Positions 12,094-25,309 of a DNA stretch of 64,000 bases are shown in pieces; the stretch's first letter is position 1; the number at the start of each line of letters is the position of its first letter. Under the pieces are notes generated by a model. The model saw nothing but the letters and a program-made list of their open reading frames with translations, was not told the DNA's origin and searched no databases. Source of the stretch: Hyphochytrium catenoides (Eukaryota > Protista > Hyphochytriomycota); the NCBI GenBank assembly GCA_900088475.1, contig FLMG01000971.1, positions 1 to 64,000 on the forward strand, written 5' to 3'. Made by a program: the position numbers and the translations under genes.

Positions 12094-12389
12094 TTCCCGC
12101 CAAAATCAGTGATTTGTAAATTTGTATTGTCCTGATGACCGCTAAGAGCACCGGACAATCTCCCGCCAACCTACTCCTATATCCCACCCGCACTATACTA
12201 TCATTCACTCAGAGAGTGGAGAAAGGATACCCATCCATCCTTTTTAAGGTCCATTCACCTTGTGCTCTACAGGTTCACATTTGCCATAGAGTTTATTCCT
12301 AGTAGGTTCCGTTACCATAGATAACAAAGGCACAAACTGGGTTTTGTACTAATTTGGCGCGTAAACGAGTCCACATTTGAAAGCGCGAA
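12094..12389. promoter_or_regulatory. Cluster of E2F-like sites plus a CHR-like TTTGAA upstream of RNR1
   Basis: TTCCCGCCAAAA 12094-12105, TCCCGCCAA 12161-12169, TTTGGCGC 12353-12360, TTTGAA 12376-12381 and GCGCGAA just after it. RNR genes are classic E2F targets. Confidence 0.55.
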
Positions 12390-12827
12390 CATCCTCTCAC
12401 CCTGAAGTGCGTCACCTTCCCAACACTTCCTTGCCCACAAGTTGCTCTCTCTTCGCTACTCTGTCTCACGAGTTTGTTCTCTCACTTGGGCTTACCGTGG
12501 AGTTGCGTCATAAACAGCTTACCTCTTCTTTGAGGCTTCATATCTCTCGTATTCTCTGGTTGTTTCTGGTTCCTTCTTAGGGAAGATTCTCCAAGGTTTT
12601 TCTCACAGACTTTCCTCTCTGGGCGGCTAGCCCTTTCATTGCCGCAGTCTTTCAGCTACTTCGTCTGTCAGATAGCCAAGCTGCACCCTGCTGATCTTCA
12701 TTTGGCAAGTGGGTCAATAAGCTCAAAGCTGCGCCTACGCCTTGCTCTATTTTATAATCTTGGAGAAGTCTCTACCAAGGTCAGCGAAGAAGCAAGCAAG
12801 CAAGCAAGGCGGCTCGAGTCTGGCAGA

Positions 12828-15267
12828 ATGTATGTCCTTAAACGCGATGGGCGGCGGGAAGATGTGCACTTCGATAAGATTACATCGAGGATCAAAAAGC
12901 TCTGTTATGGGCTCAATGCGCAGTTCGTGGAGCCAGTGAAGATAGCTCAGAAGGTGGTCGCCGGTGTCTACCCTGGCGTCACCACGTCAGAGCTCGATGA
13001 ACTTGCAGCGGAGACAGCTGCGTACTGCTCCACTCAGCACCCTGGTATGCATATTTCTGTTCGTTGCTTACCCACTGTCTGTCCATTGTTTCTGACCTTC
13101 AGTATCTGTAGATTTCTCCATTCTTGCTGCACGCATTGCTGTGTCCAATCTTCATAAGAGTACCGAGAAGGTCTTTAGCGACATCATGGAGCATATGTAC
13201 AAGCACGTGCATCCCCTAACCAAGCAAGAAGCTCCTCTTATCGCGGAGGACATCTATGAATTTGTAACCGAGCACAAGGATAAGCTCAACTCCGCGATTA
13301 TCCACGATCGTGACTTTGACTACGACTACTTCGGCTTCAAGACTCTCGAGCGCTCCTATCTCATGCGCATTAATGGAAAGGTCGTGGAGAGGCCTCAGCA
13401 TATGATTATGAGAGTGGCAGTAGGCATCCACAAGGGCGACATTGAAGCGGTGCTAAAGACGTACGACTTGATGTCGCGCAAGTTCTTCACTCATGCGACT
13501 CCCACTCTCTTCAATGCCGGTACTCCGCGACCGCAGCTGTCCTCCTGCTTCCTGCTTACCATGAAGAATGACTCCATTGAGGGCATTTATGACACTCTCA
13601 AGCAGTGTGCGTGCATTTCTAAGTATGCTGGTGGCATAGGCGTCAGCATCCATAACATCCGAGCCACGAACTCCTACATCCGTGGCACCAACGGAACCTC
13701 TAATGGCATTGTCCCTATGCTGAGGGTCTTCAACGATACTGCTAGATACGTAGATCAGGGTGGAGGCAAGCGCAAGGGCTCATTTGCTATGTACCTTGAG
13801 CCTTGGCATGCCGACATATTCGAGTTTTTGGACTTGAAAAAGAATCATGGCAATGAACTTCATCGCGCCAGAGATTTATTCTACGCTATGTGGATTCCAG
13901 ACCTCTTCATGAAACGCGTACAAGCGAACGGCGAGTGGTCTCTCTTCTGCCCTAACGAGTGCCGAGGGTTACCTGACGTGTGGGGAGACGAGTTTGAGGC
14001 TCTTTATGAGAAGTATGAGAGAGAAGGAAAGGCAAGAAGGGTGGTGAAGGCTCAGCAGCTCTGGTTTGCGATCCTAGATTCCCAGATTGAGACTGGCACC
14101 CCTTACATGCTGTACAAGGACCACTGCAACCGGAAATCTAATCAACAGAATCTGGGGACCATCAAATCCAGCAATCTTTGCACAGAGATCATCGAGTACA
14201 CTGCCCCTGACGAGGTCGCTGTGTGCAACCTTGCTTCTATCAACCTCGCGTCCTTTGTAAACAACGATACACGGACCTACGATTTTGATAACCTCAAGGA
14301 GATCTCCAAGGTAGTGACAAGGAACCTTAACAAGGTCATCGACATCAACTATTACCCTGTCGTGGAGGCCCACAACTCCAACATGCGTCATCGTCCTATT
14401 GGAATAGGTGTACAGGGACTTGCTGATGCGTTCATCCGTATGAGACTTCCTTTTGAAAGTGAGGAGGCGAAGCAGCTCAACCGTGACATATTCGAGACGA
14501 TTTACTTTGGTGCTCTTGAGGCTTCCACGGAGCTAGCGAAGGAGCAGGGGCACTACGAGACCTTTCCTGGTTCTCCTGCTAGCAAGGGGTTATTGCAGTT
14601 TGATCTCTGGGGCGTGAAGCCCTCAGCCCGCTGGGATTGGGCTGGCCTGAAGGAGAAGATTAAGGAGCATGGCATTCGCAACTCTCTTCTCCTTGCACCT
14701 ATGCCGACGGCTTCAACCGCCCAGATCATTGGTAACAATGAGTCCGTCGAGCCTTTCACCTCCAACATGTACACTCGCCGAGTTCTGGCTGGAGAGTTCA
14801 CCATTGTAAACAAGTACTTGCTCCATGATCTGACTGCCATGGGGCTCTGGACTCCGGAGGTGCGGAACCAGATTATTGCCGACCGAGGTTCCATCCAGAA
14901 TGTGAAGGTCATCCCTCAGGAGCTGAAGGAGCTCTATAAGACCGTGTGGGAGATCAAGCAAAAGGTTGTACTCGATATGGCAGCTGACCGAGGCGCTTTC
15001 ATTTGTCAAAGCCAGAGCCTTAATATTCACATGGCCGAGCCTAATGTAGGCAAGCTCACTTCCATGCACTTCTATGCGTGGAAGAAGGGACTGAAGACTG
15101 GCATGTACTACCTTCGCTCGCGGCCGAAGGCTGATGCCATCCAGTTCACTGTGGACCAGCACATGGTCAAGAAGTCGGTGGAGGGAGAGGCGCAGGCTTC
15201 GGAGGAGACAGTCCCTGGGTTGGACGTAAAGAACGAAGACGAGGAGTGCATCTCATGCGGAGCGTGA
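12828..15267 (+). CDS. RRM1: Ribonucleoside-diphosphate reductase large subunit (class Ia); exons 12828-13044 and 13112-15267
   Basis: ATP-cone start [12 protein letters not shown] 67-nt GT-AG intron restores [18 protein letters not shown]. Motifs [37 protein letters not shown] and C-terminal CISCGA. Confidence 0.98.
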
Positions 15268-16656
15268 GGCCTAGGATTAAACACATTAAGAACATACGCG
15301 AGAAGATAGTGCAGAAGGCCTAGTGTACACTATTTAGTAGACGGGTTTGCGCCTTCAGGAGGCTTTGAAGAGCAACGGTGGAAGACACGAAAGGAAGTAG
15401 ATATGGGGGCAGTTGTCCTGCCTTACATCTAAGGACAGATTCAATAATTGACTGTGACTTTGAAGAGCAGAAAGACAGAAGGACGGTCCTATGCCCTAAC
15501 TCTTAAGAGTCCCTTGCACTCCTCTCTGCAGAATCTTCAGAGTTTGCCTCTGGTCAGTCCTCACTCACTTCAAGCTCCATATAGTGCCCGGTGGCACTGA
15601 ACAGATTCGTCTATTTCCTAAGCAGTCCTTGCGAACTGGCTAAACACAACGAGTTTATAAATAATGGAGAACAATGTGTCTTAGACGAGCCTTGAAGAGC
15701 AGATCTAGTCCTCATCATCGGAGGTGGGCAGGTAAAGACTTTGAAAGTAGGGAGAGTGACGATTCCACGAGGGATAAAGGACAGTCAGGAAGAAGGATAT
15801 ATAACAGAGTGCTGCCGGACAACAGCTTATCAGAGAGTGAAATGTGTGAAGCTGCTGAGGCGATCATCAACTACGGTGCATTGTTCACATAGTGAGACCT
15901 ATCTAAGTGTGCTAGACTTCGCTAAAGAGCTACCAAGTTAGCATCAAGACCTTTGAGTTAAGGTAGCTCTATGTCATAAAGACCAGTAACTATCCAGTCC
16001 CTGCCAGGAGCTTGCCGCTATTTATCACTCTCGTGTCGCTGGTACCTGTGTCAACGGATCTCCTTACCGATGCTCCTCGTAATCATCTTGCAGCTCGTTT
16101 CTAGCCGAACAACGAGCTGGCCTGGCGACGGTGCCTCATTTCTCGCACTATCAGCAGCGAGCTAGACCACTTTTGATCCTCTCAACATCCTTTCCTCGTC
16201 GGTGTCCATCAGCAGCTTCCGCGGGGCAAACGGTTGTTGCTCCTTCTTCGGCCTTCATCTTCCTGGTTGTGACCTTTCCCGTTCTTCTGACAAATAACAA
16301 ATCTCTTGAATAACCTTCCAATCTGACCCGTAACGGCTTAGCTAAGCGTTAGCGGCCTTATAGCAGGCGGACTGTGAGGAGAATTCGCTTGTTACTGTGC
16401 GGGAGAAAGGCCGTCATTGTAAAGCGCGGCAAAGTGGCAGGAACAGTGCTGCAACAACGGATCTCATCAACTTCTGATGGAGCTCTCTGTTGCTGTTCTT
16501 CCGCAAGTGTCTTCCATCTCCTGTTCATTCCTGCTCGTTGTCCTGTCCAACGAGAGTCTCATATCAGCTTTAGAAGCGCAGCCCGAGCCTAAGTACTGGA
16601 AGATCTCTTGGTAAGGGTTCCGAATAGGACCATAGCACTGTAACAGCGGAAGCATA

Positions 16657-17365
16657 ATGGGTGATATGGAAGAAGAAGAGACGTCCGGCTGGGTGAAGTT
16701 GATAAGGTCAGTTGTTCAGACGAGTTCGCAGACTGGCAGAAACGATGCCTGACTAGATTCGTCGGCAGCCATGAAGGCCATGAGTTCTTTGTAGACAAGA
16801 GATGTGCTATGGTCTCAGGGACAATCAAGGCAATGCTCTCAGGTACAGTCTCTCCAGGGCTGGTCGCAATAGGAGGACACTTTCCCACAGGGGCTAATCA
16901 CTCTCATGATGACACGCAGGCGCTTTTGCTGAGAGCAAAGGAGAGATCCGCTTCCATGAGATCACAACGCCCATTCTGGAAAAGGTCATTCAATACTTCC
17001 ATTACAAGGTTCGTTTGAGGTTTGAGTGGCTCACTTTGCTAGGAAGAGGGACCTGCCTCTATCAGTGGTGCTATAAGCCGTACCTCATTGTTCCCGTGAT
17101 ACGTTGACCTTCTAAACCTCGTACCATAACTAGAGTTCTGAGGGATAACTAGGCGACGTCAATTGACTCGTTTGAGTGAAGATAGCTTTCATTTATCCGT
17201 GTCTCTTATCTTGGATGCCCTTCTTGTCATCTACGATGTCTGACCTCCGCTTTCCTTCCTCAATAGCTCAAGTATACCAATAGTCAGTCCAGAATCCCAG
17301 AGTTCCCTATTGAGCCCCAGCTGGCTGTTGAACTCCTTATGGCTGCAAACTACCTGGATTGCTAA
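16657..17365 (+). CDS. ELOC: Elongin C, 4 exons
   Basis: Spliced product: [103 protein letters not shown]; three GT-AG introns. Confidence 0.96.
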
Positions 17366-18138
17366 ATAAAAGTCCGCATTCTCTGACTCACACTTATGTC
17401 TCAGCGGTAACACGGCTCAGAGAGATATCTCTCCTTATCGTCTCGCTATTCTCTCTTACTATGCTTTTCAAGCTTCATTACTTTCCTTCTCCGATACATG
17501 TGCTACGTAGAGCTTGAAGCCTGTCCTACACATCAATTGTGCTCCCATCACCGCGGCCAAGTCGTCTCTCTCTAGCGCCGCGTGATCATCGACCTAGTAG
17601 CTGCTGCTCCGTCCCTCTTGGTGTCTTCTTTGGACCTAACGGCCACTGAGGCACTCTACACCTTTTATTTGGGAAGGTCAAAGCATAAGATCGTGCACCG
17701 ATCTCACTTGATACCTGGATTCGGAATATCCATGGGCATTATTGTGACTCTCCGGCATTCACATGTTTATAGGATACGGATTCGGAATGAGGCGACTGCA
17801 ATGATCAAGTGATCAAGTGTGATGATGAGCTTCTGTTCTGATCTGTGATCTGACATCAAGCATAGCTGCATAGCCGAGCGCTTCTGAAGATCCGTCTGTC
17901 AACCGCCTTTCTTCCCTGCTAGAATCTTCATCGGCCTGCCTCGGTTCTCGTCTTAACCTGGCATCTTCTTCGTTATCCGTACTTTAGCGGCTGAGACCTT
18001 ACTGAACAGGGGAGGGGGTTCAAGTGTAGAGTGCAGAGCATAGGACCAAAGATGGGTAAACTTGTCTCTGATTAGCGGGCTATTGCTAAAGATAGTAGAC
18101 AAGCTCTAGTGGACGCCCTCCACCTGAAGGAAGGGGCT

Positions 18139-21100
18139 ATGGCGAGACTCAGGGTGGAGGCAGTAGGGAAGTTTTGCCATCCGGGGAGTAGTCACACATT
18201 GCGAGGTGTTGCTACTGCCGTCTTCCTCGTACTATGTCTGGTCTCAGCCACTAGGGCCGAGGCACAGTCCCAGTTGTCGAAGCGTCAACTTCCTGAAGCC
18301 CGCGACTATCAAGGTTCATTAGCAAGCGGAAGCCAGGAGCTATGCTTAGTTGCCGACTGCTATAAGAGCCCCCATTGCGTTGCGTCGTCAGAGACAAACC
18401 TAAGGTCGCTTATCATTACGCTTGCCGCGTCTCATCTCGTCTTCTCATCCTGCCGATGAGCTTTCCCAAACTCACTTGGGAGTTGGACCGCCTCATCTCT
18501 GCCATAAAGCCCTGCGTGCTTCTTACTGGGGACGCCTCCTTCGCTGCTCGTTTCTACAGAGCTAGTTGTTTAATCCTAAACCCCCTCCCCCATGGCTTCG
18601 TTCTTCTATCAAGCGCTTCGTCGCCACGCCTCTCTCTTCTGCACTTAGTCAAACTAACCCTAAGCTGCAATACTATGTCACCAGTGTGCTGAAGACAAAG
18701 AAAGCTATCCTGGCCCAGCAGCAGGTATCTCAATCACTTCTTCTTATGTTGATTACGCGAGACGCTAACTCAGCCACCTCTCATCTAGGATCTTCTTGCA
18801 TCTGTCATATTGGAACTCTGTAGCCTCCTAGGGCAAGGGATAGGAAGCTTTCTCCCCATGCAGGTAACATTAGGAAGCACAGGCATGTTAGGAAGCACAG
18901 GCAAGCTAGGACTCAAGCGCAGTGGGAAAGGGAACAGAATGTATGAGCAGGGGAAGGGCTGATTTAGAGCGAAATTGGCCTCGACAAGTCACTCTCAAGT
19001 GTTAGGAAATGTAGAGCCTGATATTCTCTCCGCAGCTTCAGGATTGGACCACAGGCCTCCTTTCTCTCCTGACCGCCAGCCTCTCTCACCTGTACTGGGC
19101 CTTCGACTCTATGTACTTAGAGGTAAAGTGCAAGACAAACGCCCAGACTATTCTCCGTAGGTTATCCCGTGTGGTCAGGCCAAAGTGTTTCACTCGACCG
19201 ACGGTTATAGACGTAGTCTTCGGAGAAATTTGCTGTTCCGTTGCTCCACGTCGCTTTTCATCTCTTACCCCGCTTGCCGGTTGTGAGTCACATAGGGCCA
19301 ACATCTTGTGCACTCCCTTCTTCCTATGCCTGCAGCTCCCATTTATGGGCAAGGTGAAGTTGGCACAGCCTTGGAGCGATGCCTACCTCCTCGTCCGGAA
19401 TGTGGATTATCATCGACTGGATTTTGCTCTTTCAAGGTATGATCCTATGTGGTCTGCTCTTGGGTCATCCTTTCCCTCCAATCATATCCTACATGGCGGT
19501 ATCTCTCAGCTCATTTCTCGGGCTCTGATTGACTGCCTTGTTATTAAATATCGAACAGGAAGCTCCCTACCACGTGCAAGCTCTATAGATGGCTGCCTCT
19601 AAGGACTATCCTAAGCCCGTTCCTTACGGATCCAGTCGCCGACTGGATCAGCGTTGCAGGTGCTCTCTTTCTTGGTCATTCTATTCCTCTCTATCCGTTA
19701 ACACCATCTGCAGTTTATTTCATGCAGAGGGGAGACCGCATACTCATCCCTTCGCACTTTAACCGAATGATTTATATTTAACTGTAGGAGGGGTATGTTC
19801 AGAGTGCACAGGAGACAAATCAGTGCCTAAGTGCGTCTTAGAATGCAAAGAGTTCAATTTTGAAGGGGAAGGGGAAGGCTCATGCATCATCTCGACATCT
19901 CCCTACGGCTCTCCTTGCATTACTGTGAGCACGGGCAGGAGAACCACGCCGTACTTCCTCTCCACGTGGTTCTCAGGTAAAGATATCAGTCCAAGATCCT
20001 TCTTCTTGTTATTGCCCCATCCCCTATCCTCGCCCCTAATCTCTACGCCCTTATCTCCTTAGTAAAACCTAAGTCACCATTTCCTTCCGTGCTTGACGAT
20101 CCTGTTATCTTTGCATGACTACTTTCTCGGATTAGCTTATGTCGGTCTATTAGTCTGCTAACTCCAGCCGTTGTTGGCTAGTGTTGACATGGAAATATGC
20201 AAGGAATACACTACTGGGGGTTCTTTTTGTAAGAGCTTCTTCCCAACTCAGGTGCGCGGCAGTGCCTCTGTCTTACTTTGTGGTTGCAAAAACCCTTCTC
20301 TTACAGCATCTTGTGCGCTCGACAGTCGCAGGAGGTGGTTCCATTACTCTCTAGGCTTCTGTTTCGGCATCCTTCTCTCTCTTCTAGTATTTGGCTACGC
20401 CGTCTACAGGCAAAGTAAAGCTGCGGCACGGGCAGTTCCTGGCGGAGGCCTCGTGATCGCCGGAACCAACGCAGCAAGTCTTCTATTTCCGGCGGCGGGC
20501 GTTCTCATTTTTAAAAGCTACATTACGCAGGTGATCGACTGGGTAAGTCCACGAAATCTGAATAAGCTAAAGGGTCGCTCGCAGCGAACGGAGCGAAGAG
20601 TAGGCCACCGTTTGGTCTAATATTCATCACCTCCCTTTTTGGGCTTTCTCTATCTTTCATCTTTGTCCCTCTTGCACCCTATCTGGGAATGTCAGGTTCT
20701 CTCCCTCATGTTGACATTCTGGGATGCGGAGTCTGTCTTGGGCGTGCCTCATTTGGGCAAAATCTACTTCTTTTTCTGGGGAATAGGGGGCATGCTGCTG
20801 ATCTGGTGGAACCAGGCGTTCAGTGACTATGGTAGCTGATAGACAGCCTGCTTCACTACAGTTTGTGCTTGCATTCTCTTTCTGTGTCATGATTTCTACG
20901 TTTTTCTTTTTCAATTGGCATGAGCCTCTACTTCCGGCTACGGTTGACATTCCTTACGCATAGCTACACTATCTCAATCCACTTCCCGTATCACCTAGCC
21001 TCCGCTCGCTGATTGCTGTAATAGTCTCGGCTCGTGTACCCTTCCCTTCCCCCGGCTCCCTGCGTTTACGCTAGATTTCTTGAAATGGCCTTCCTTTTGC

Positions 21101-22201
21101 TCATGTTGAGAGCTACTAACTCCATGTTCAGTAGCCTTGCACTAAACCCATGCTTGGCACCTTCTCTTCCGGGCCATCCCTAACATGTCGGACGTTGTGA
21201 CCCAGATGCTAAGCTGTGCTACGTACTCCCACAGGCTATACTTCTTCCAGAAGACGGAGGCAGGAGGTAGAGGAGGACGAGGAAGATGAGGTAAGAACAA
21301 GGTTCCAGACAGAGCGGACGTCCGTCCGGTAGAGACTTCTGTTCCTACTTTCTGCTTATGACGCTACCATCATGGGTTTAGGATGGTGTGGAGGCCACCC
21401 GACCGCAGAAGTCTCTCTCCACTCTAATCTACTGGATCGGTGTCTGGCTGCTTTTGAATAGGTGAGACTCCTGTCTTTGCCTCTTGTCTGGACCTATCTC
21501 GGCGCTCCTAGTGATTGTTTGCACATTCCTCCTACCTTTCGTGGCTAGTTTCTATCAAGATCGTCCGTGGGTGTCCTTGCATGCACCCTTGAATTGCCCT
21601 AACCCACTTCCTACTCCATTAGCTCCTCAGATAATGTTCTGGCGGTCCTTCTGACGTTGACCGCGTGCTTTGCTGAAGTTCTGGACACGCTGTACTTTAG
21701 GATTCATCTATGGACAAACTCTTCGGTGAGTACTTTTATCGAGTAGGTCTGTTCTTACTTCTTTGAGCTTTGACCCCTCCGATTCCTCGCTTTGTTGTTG
21801 TTCTTACTCTTGATACTCCGAATACAGAACCCTGCAAAGTTTCGAAAGCTGTTGACCGAGGAAGAGTATGAGCGAGAGGCGCAGGAGACCACGCGGAAAG
21901 AGCTTGACAAGCTCCGCCGAGCTTTACAGAGCCATCCAGAGCTTTTGGAGACCGTTAGAGAAGAAAGCGAGATTAGGGTATGCCTCACAAGGTTCTTTTT
22001 GTAGGGTTAGGTCTCTCCACCGTTCTGATTCGTTTCCATGGGTTGGCATCCGCTCTTGCGCTTTCAATCACTAAGAGTTTCCTCTCTCTCCTGGTTTAGC
22101 TGCGCCGGTTCTCAAAGGGCCGACCTCATATTGTCCTAGAGGAGTTAGAGGACTCTCGAGATGTGAAAAGAAGATGGGGAGCTCGCTGTCTCGTGCAATA
22201 G
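18139..22201 (+). CDS. NEMP/TMEM194-family nuclear envelope membrane protein, multi-exon; 5' exons tentative
   Basis: Signal-peptide-like N-terminus (ATAVFLVLCLVSATRA). Luminal SPYGSPCITV, TM segment WFHYSLGFCFGILLSLLVF and further TM exons. NEMP signature RKLLTEEEYEREAQETTRKELDKLR..LRRFSKGRPH. Ends RCLVQ* (TAG 22199-22201). Confidence 0.8.
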
Positions 22202-22658
22202 GCTCTTAATGATGGGCTCCCACTTCCATCTAACGATAGGTTAAGAGTAGATAGCAGAGTGGAGAAGGAAAGCTAAATAGCGGAAGGACGAAGAGAAGGA
22301 CGAAGCCAAAGGTACATGGAGAGGGTGGTGCAACTCGATGCTAACGGGTTATCGCAAACCAATTGAGAAGCAAGCAAGTAAGCAGTACTGGCTGAGCCAG
22401 TTCCGGTTCCATTTTCGTTGTCCTTCCTTCACAATGGGGCGCCTGATGAACACTCAGGATTGACTATCTTTGGCACTAGTTGGCACTTTCCATTTTAATA
22501 AATAAGTACACTTACAGAAGACTAAGTGAGCGACAGAGAGGATGACCCTCCGTCCTCCCTCTCACTCGGTGATATTCTATGTCATAGGTACAGAGTCCGA
22601 GTGAGACAATCTAGGTTGAGGCGTTCTCTCTCTCTTTCTCTTCCCGGCCTGGTTTTCT

Positions 22659-24563
22659 CTATGCGATCAGAGCTGAGATATTAAGCCTCTTGCTAGAACC
22701 TGAACTCTCCCTTTCTTGTTCTCCTTCACCTTGCTTTTCCTTATCCTCTTCATCTCTATTGCCTCCTCTTTCTCTCTCTATCCCTTCGTAACTAACCACC
22801 ACAGTCTCTGATGTCAAGCGCTTGATGCTTGATGATCCTGCTTCTTCGCCTACTGAATCCGCACCTCTGCTAGAACGAGTGGGAAGAGGATGACCTTGCT
22901 CCAGTTGTCGTCTCCTTTCCAGAAGGCCAGGCAAAGCAGTTTCGCCTCCTCTTCCAATGGCCATTCCTCCCGCAGTGGTGCTAAGAGAGGGAAGAGATGT
23001 GGGAGCAAACGGGGGCTGGGGAACTGAAGCTTCTGATTGTGTGCTGGTACGGAATGTGTATGGTCGCTCGTGCTCCTCCCCCCGCGGAACTGAGAGAGAA
23101 CGTTGACGGAATGTGGGAGGAGGAGGAGTAGGAGGTCTGTGCTCTATTCTATACTCGAGAGGTTGAGATTGTAGTGGGTGCGGAGAAGAGAGAGCAGCTG
23201 AGTAGGGCAAAGAAGATGGGGAGGGAAGAGGCCGTGAAGCTGCAAAGGGACGAGGTGACGGCAGAGCAGGAATGGTCGCTGTAGAAGGAGCAGGAGAGGG
23301 ATGAAGCGATCCCATCCCTCCTAATGTGTGCCTTGTCCCTGCGGTAGATAGAGGAGGAAGATAGGGAACACCGTACTCGAATCCCATCTCCTGAGACGGC
23401 TCCGCCAAGCGCGGCGAACCATGAAAGACTCCTCCCGAATAGGACATGGGAGAAGGAGAGAATGAGGAGGCAGTTGCTGGAGAGAAAGTGGAGGGAGAGG
23501 CTGTTGGCTGCCTAAAAAATGGGAGTGATGTTCCTTCTCGTCCTGCTAAGCCCATGCCGCCTCCTACACCAGTTGTATCCAAAGAGGGAAGGTAAGGTCC
23601 TTCTCCTATCTCTAACGGAACTAATGCTCTAGAATGTGAAAGGAGAGCCGCAGACGGTCCTGGCAGATGTGAAGCTACTTCTCCCACTATAAAGGACCAA
23701 GAGTGAAGAAGAGAGCCAGGAAATATAAGAGCTAAAGTTAGCGTTTGTTACCCTAAATCGCTTGTGTGGGATTGCAAAGACTTAGGAATGAAGGCAAAAG
23801 CGGTGCAGGCACCAAGAGAGAGAGAGCGCGAAGAACATTAAAAGAATCAGAGATGTAGGAGTCATACAAAGAAGACAGGACCTTAGCCCCAGAGGGCTGA
23901 AGTGCAGAGTGACAGGGCCGACGTACTATGATGACCACAGAGTCCGCCTCTCCTAGCTGTGTTCTGGCATCCTTCCACCCTGCACTGTCTTCTACCGCCA
24001 TGAGACACACAGCGCCCGTGTGCGACCACGTGCTTGGTGCAGCCTTCCACACTGCAGCGCGTGCCCCCGCCGTGTTTGGGACAAAGCCCTCGACTCCGGG
24101 CACTGTTGTCACAGCCCGGATAGTTGCATTTCTTCCCTCCCCCTGAAGAGTGCCATCGAGAGGGCAGAAAAGCGCAGGAAGTCAGACAACAATGCTGGGA
24201 AGCCTAAACCTCAAAAAGAGAAAGGAGAGGCGATAATGACGTTATACAACGAAGAAGCCGAAAGTCTAGAAGAGGAAAGACATTGAGAGAAAGAAAGCAC
24301 TCGCGCCAGAGTGGCAGAGAGAGTAGTGCCGTCTTACCATGAGCAATACACTTGCCTGCCCCTACAGCGCTATTCTTACAGTCAGGGATAGAGCAGCGGA
24401 TTCCTCCTCCATGGGCGATGCAGAGACCGCCTCTCTTCGCGCCGTTCGCACAGCCAGGGACCAAGCACTTCTTCTTCTTGCCACCGGCGGAGGAGGCCGA
24501 GGGACCTGGTTGGCCTCCTCCCTCACCTCCTTCTCCGGTGCCCGAAGCTGACGGGATCATCAT
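22659..24563 (-). CDS. WRKY19-like Cys/His (CxxxxCx9CxxHGGG) repeat zinc-finger protein; exons 24563-24338, 24142-23927, 23686-22659
   Basis: Five repeats (CLVPGC..CIAHGGG, CSIPDC..CIAHGGG, CNYPGC..CPKHGGG, CSVEGC..CVSHGG, CRVEGC..CGHH) joined in phase by GT-AG introns, then a long P/S-rich tail. Upstream exons are not excluded. Confidence 0.85.
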
Positions 24564-25309
24564 CCTATCCTTTCTCTCTCTTCTCACACTCTATTTAGCT
24601 TCCTCAAGCTAAGCTTAGAAGAAAGAGAGAGAGAAGGTTAAGATGAAGATGCTCTCAGGGTCCTCTCTCCATCGCTGCAGCATTGTCTTAAACTTGAGGC
24701 TGCCTCTCAGCATTGACAGCGAAAGTAAGCTGTGCCGTCGCGTCTATGAACGCCAAGCTCTAGCCTCTGGTTCGATGAAGAGCGAGCAACGAGCTAATTT
24801 GCTATTCCGCTTCTTTTTCCGATGAGATCATCACTACGCTCGACTCCGTTGACGAGCAAGGAAAGGAAAAAGAGATTGTCGATAGGCGTAGAAGACGGAG
24901 TATTATTAGAGAGAGAAGCACTGGCGCTATCGGCCCCTGGCCCGCGGTGGCGCGGTGATGTCAATTGGCTAGTCGAGCAAGGACGATAGGAAAGACGTGA
25001 AGAGAGAGAGGCTACACGCTGGTGGAGGTAAGACACTGCCTATCGATCAGTCAGCCTCCAACCTGGAGGAACGCTGACTTGAACTGCGCATCGCCTCTCT
25101 CTATCTTAAGCTTCTGCTCTCCTCCGCTGTTACGTCGCCTCTGCACTTCCGTCTCTTGCTCGATATGCTCTTCACCTTTTTCTATCTCTACCACTATTGC
25201 TTTTGGATCAGCAATGGGCAGCGGTGGGCCAGTGCATTGTAATGATCCCGCCCTGCTGACATGGTTGAGAGACCAACAATCCAGGTCACCGGGAGAAAGG
25301 GTAGGGGAA

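Noticed and set aside
13216-15162. Antisense ORFs over RNR1 (and likewise over Hsp60 and Myb)
   Set aside because: Shadow frames produced by codon bias of the sense gene.
17815-17860. TGATGA..CTGA resembling a C/D box snoRNA
   Set aside because: The boxes are only about 10-25 nt apart, too short, and adjoin a local tandem duplication.
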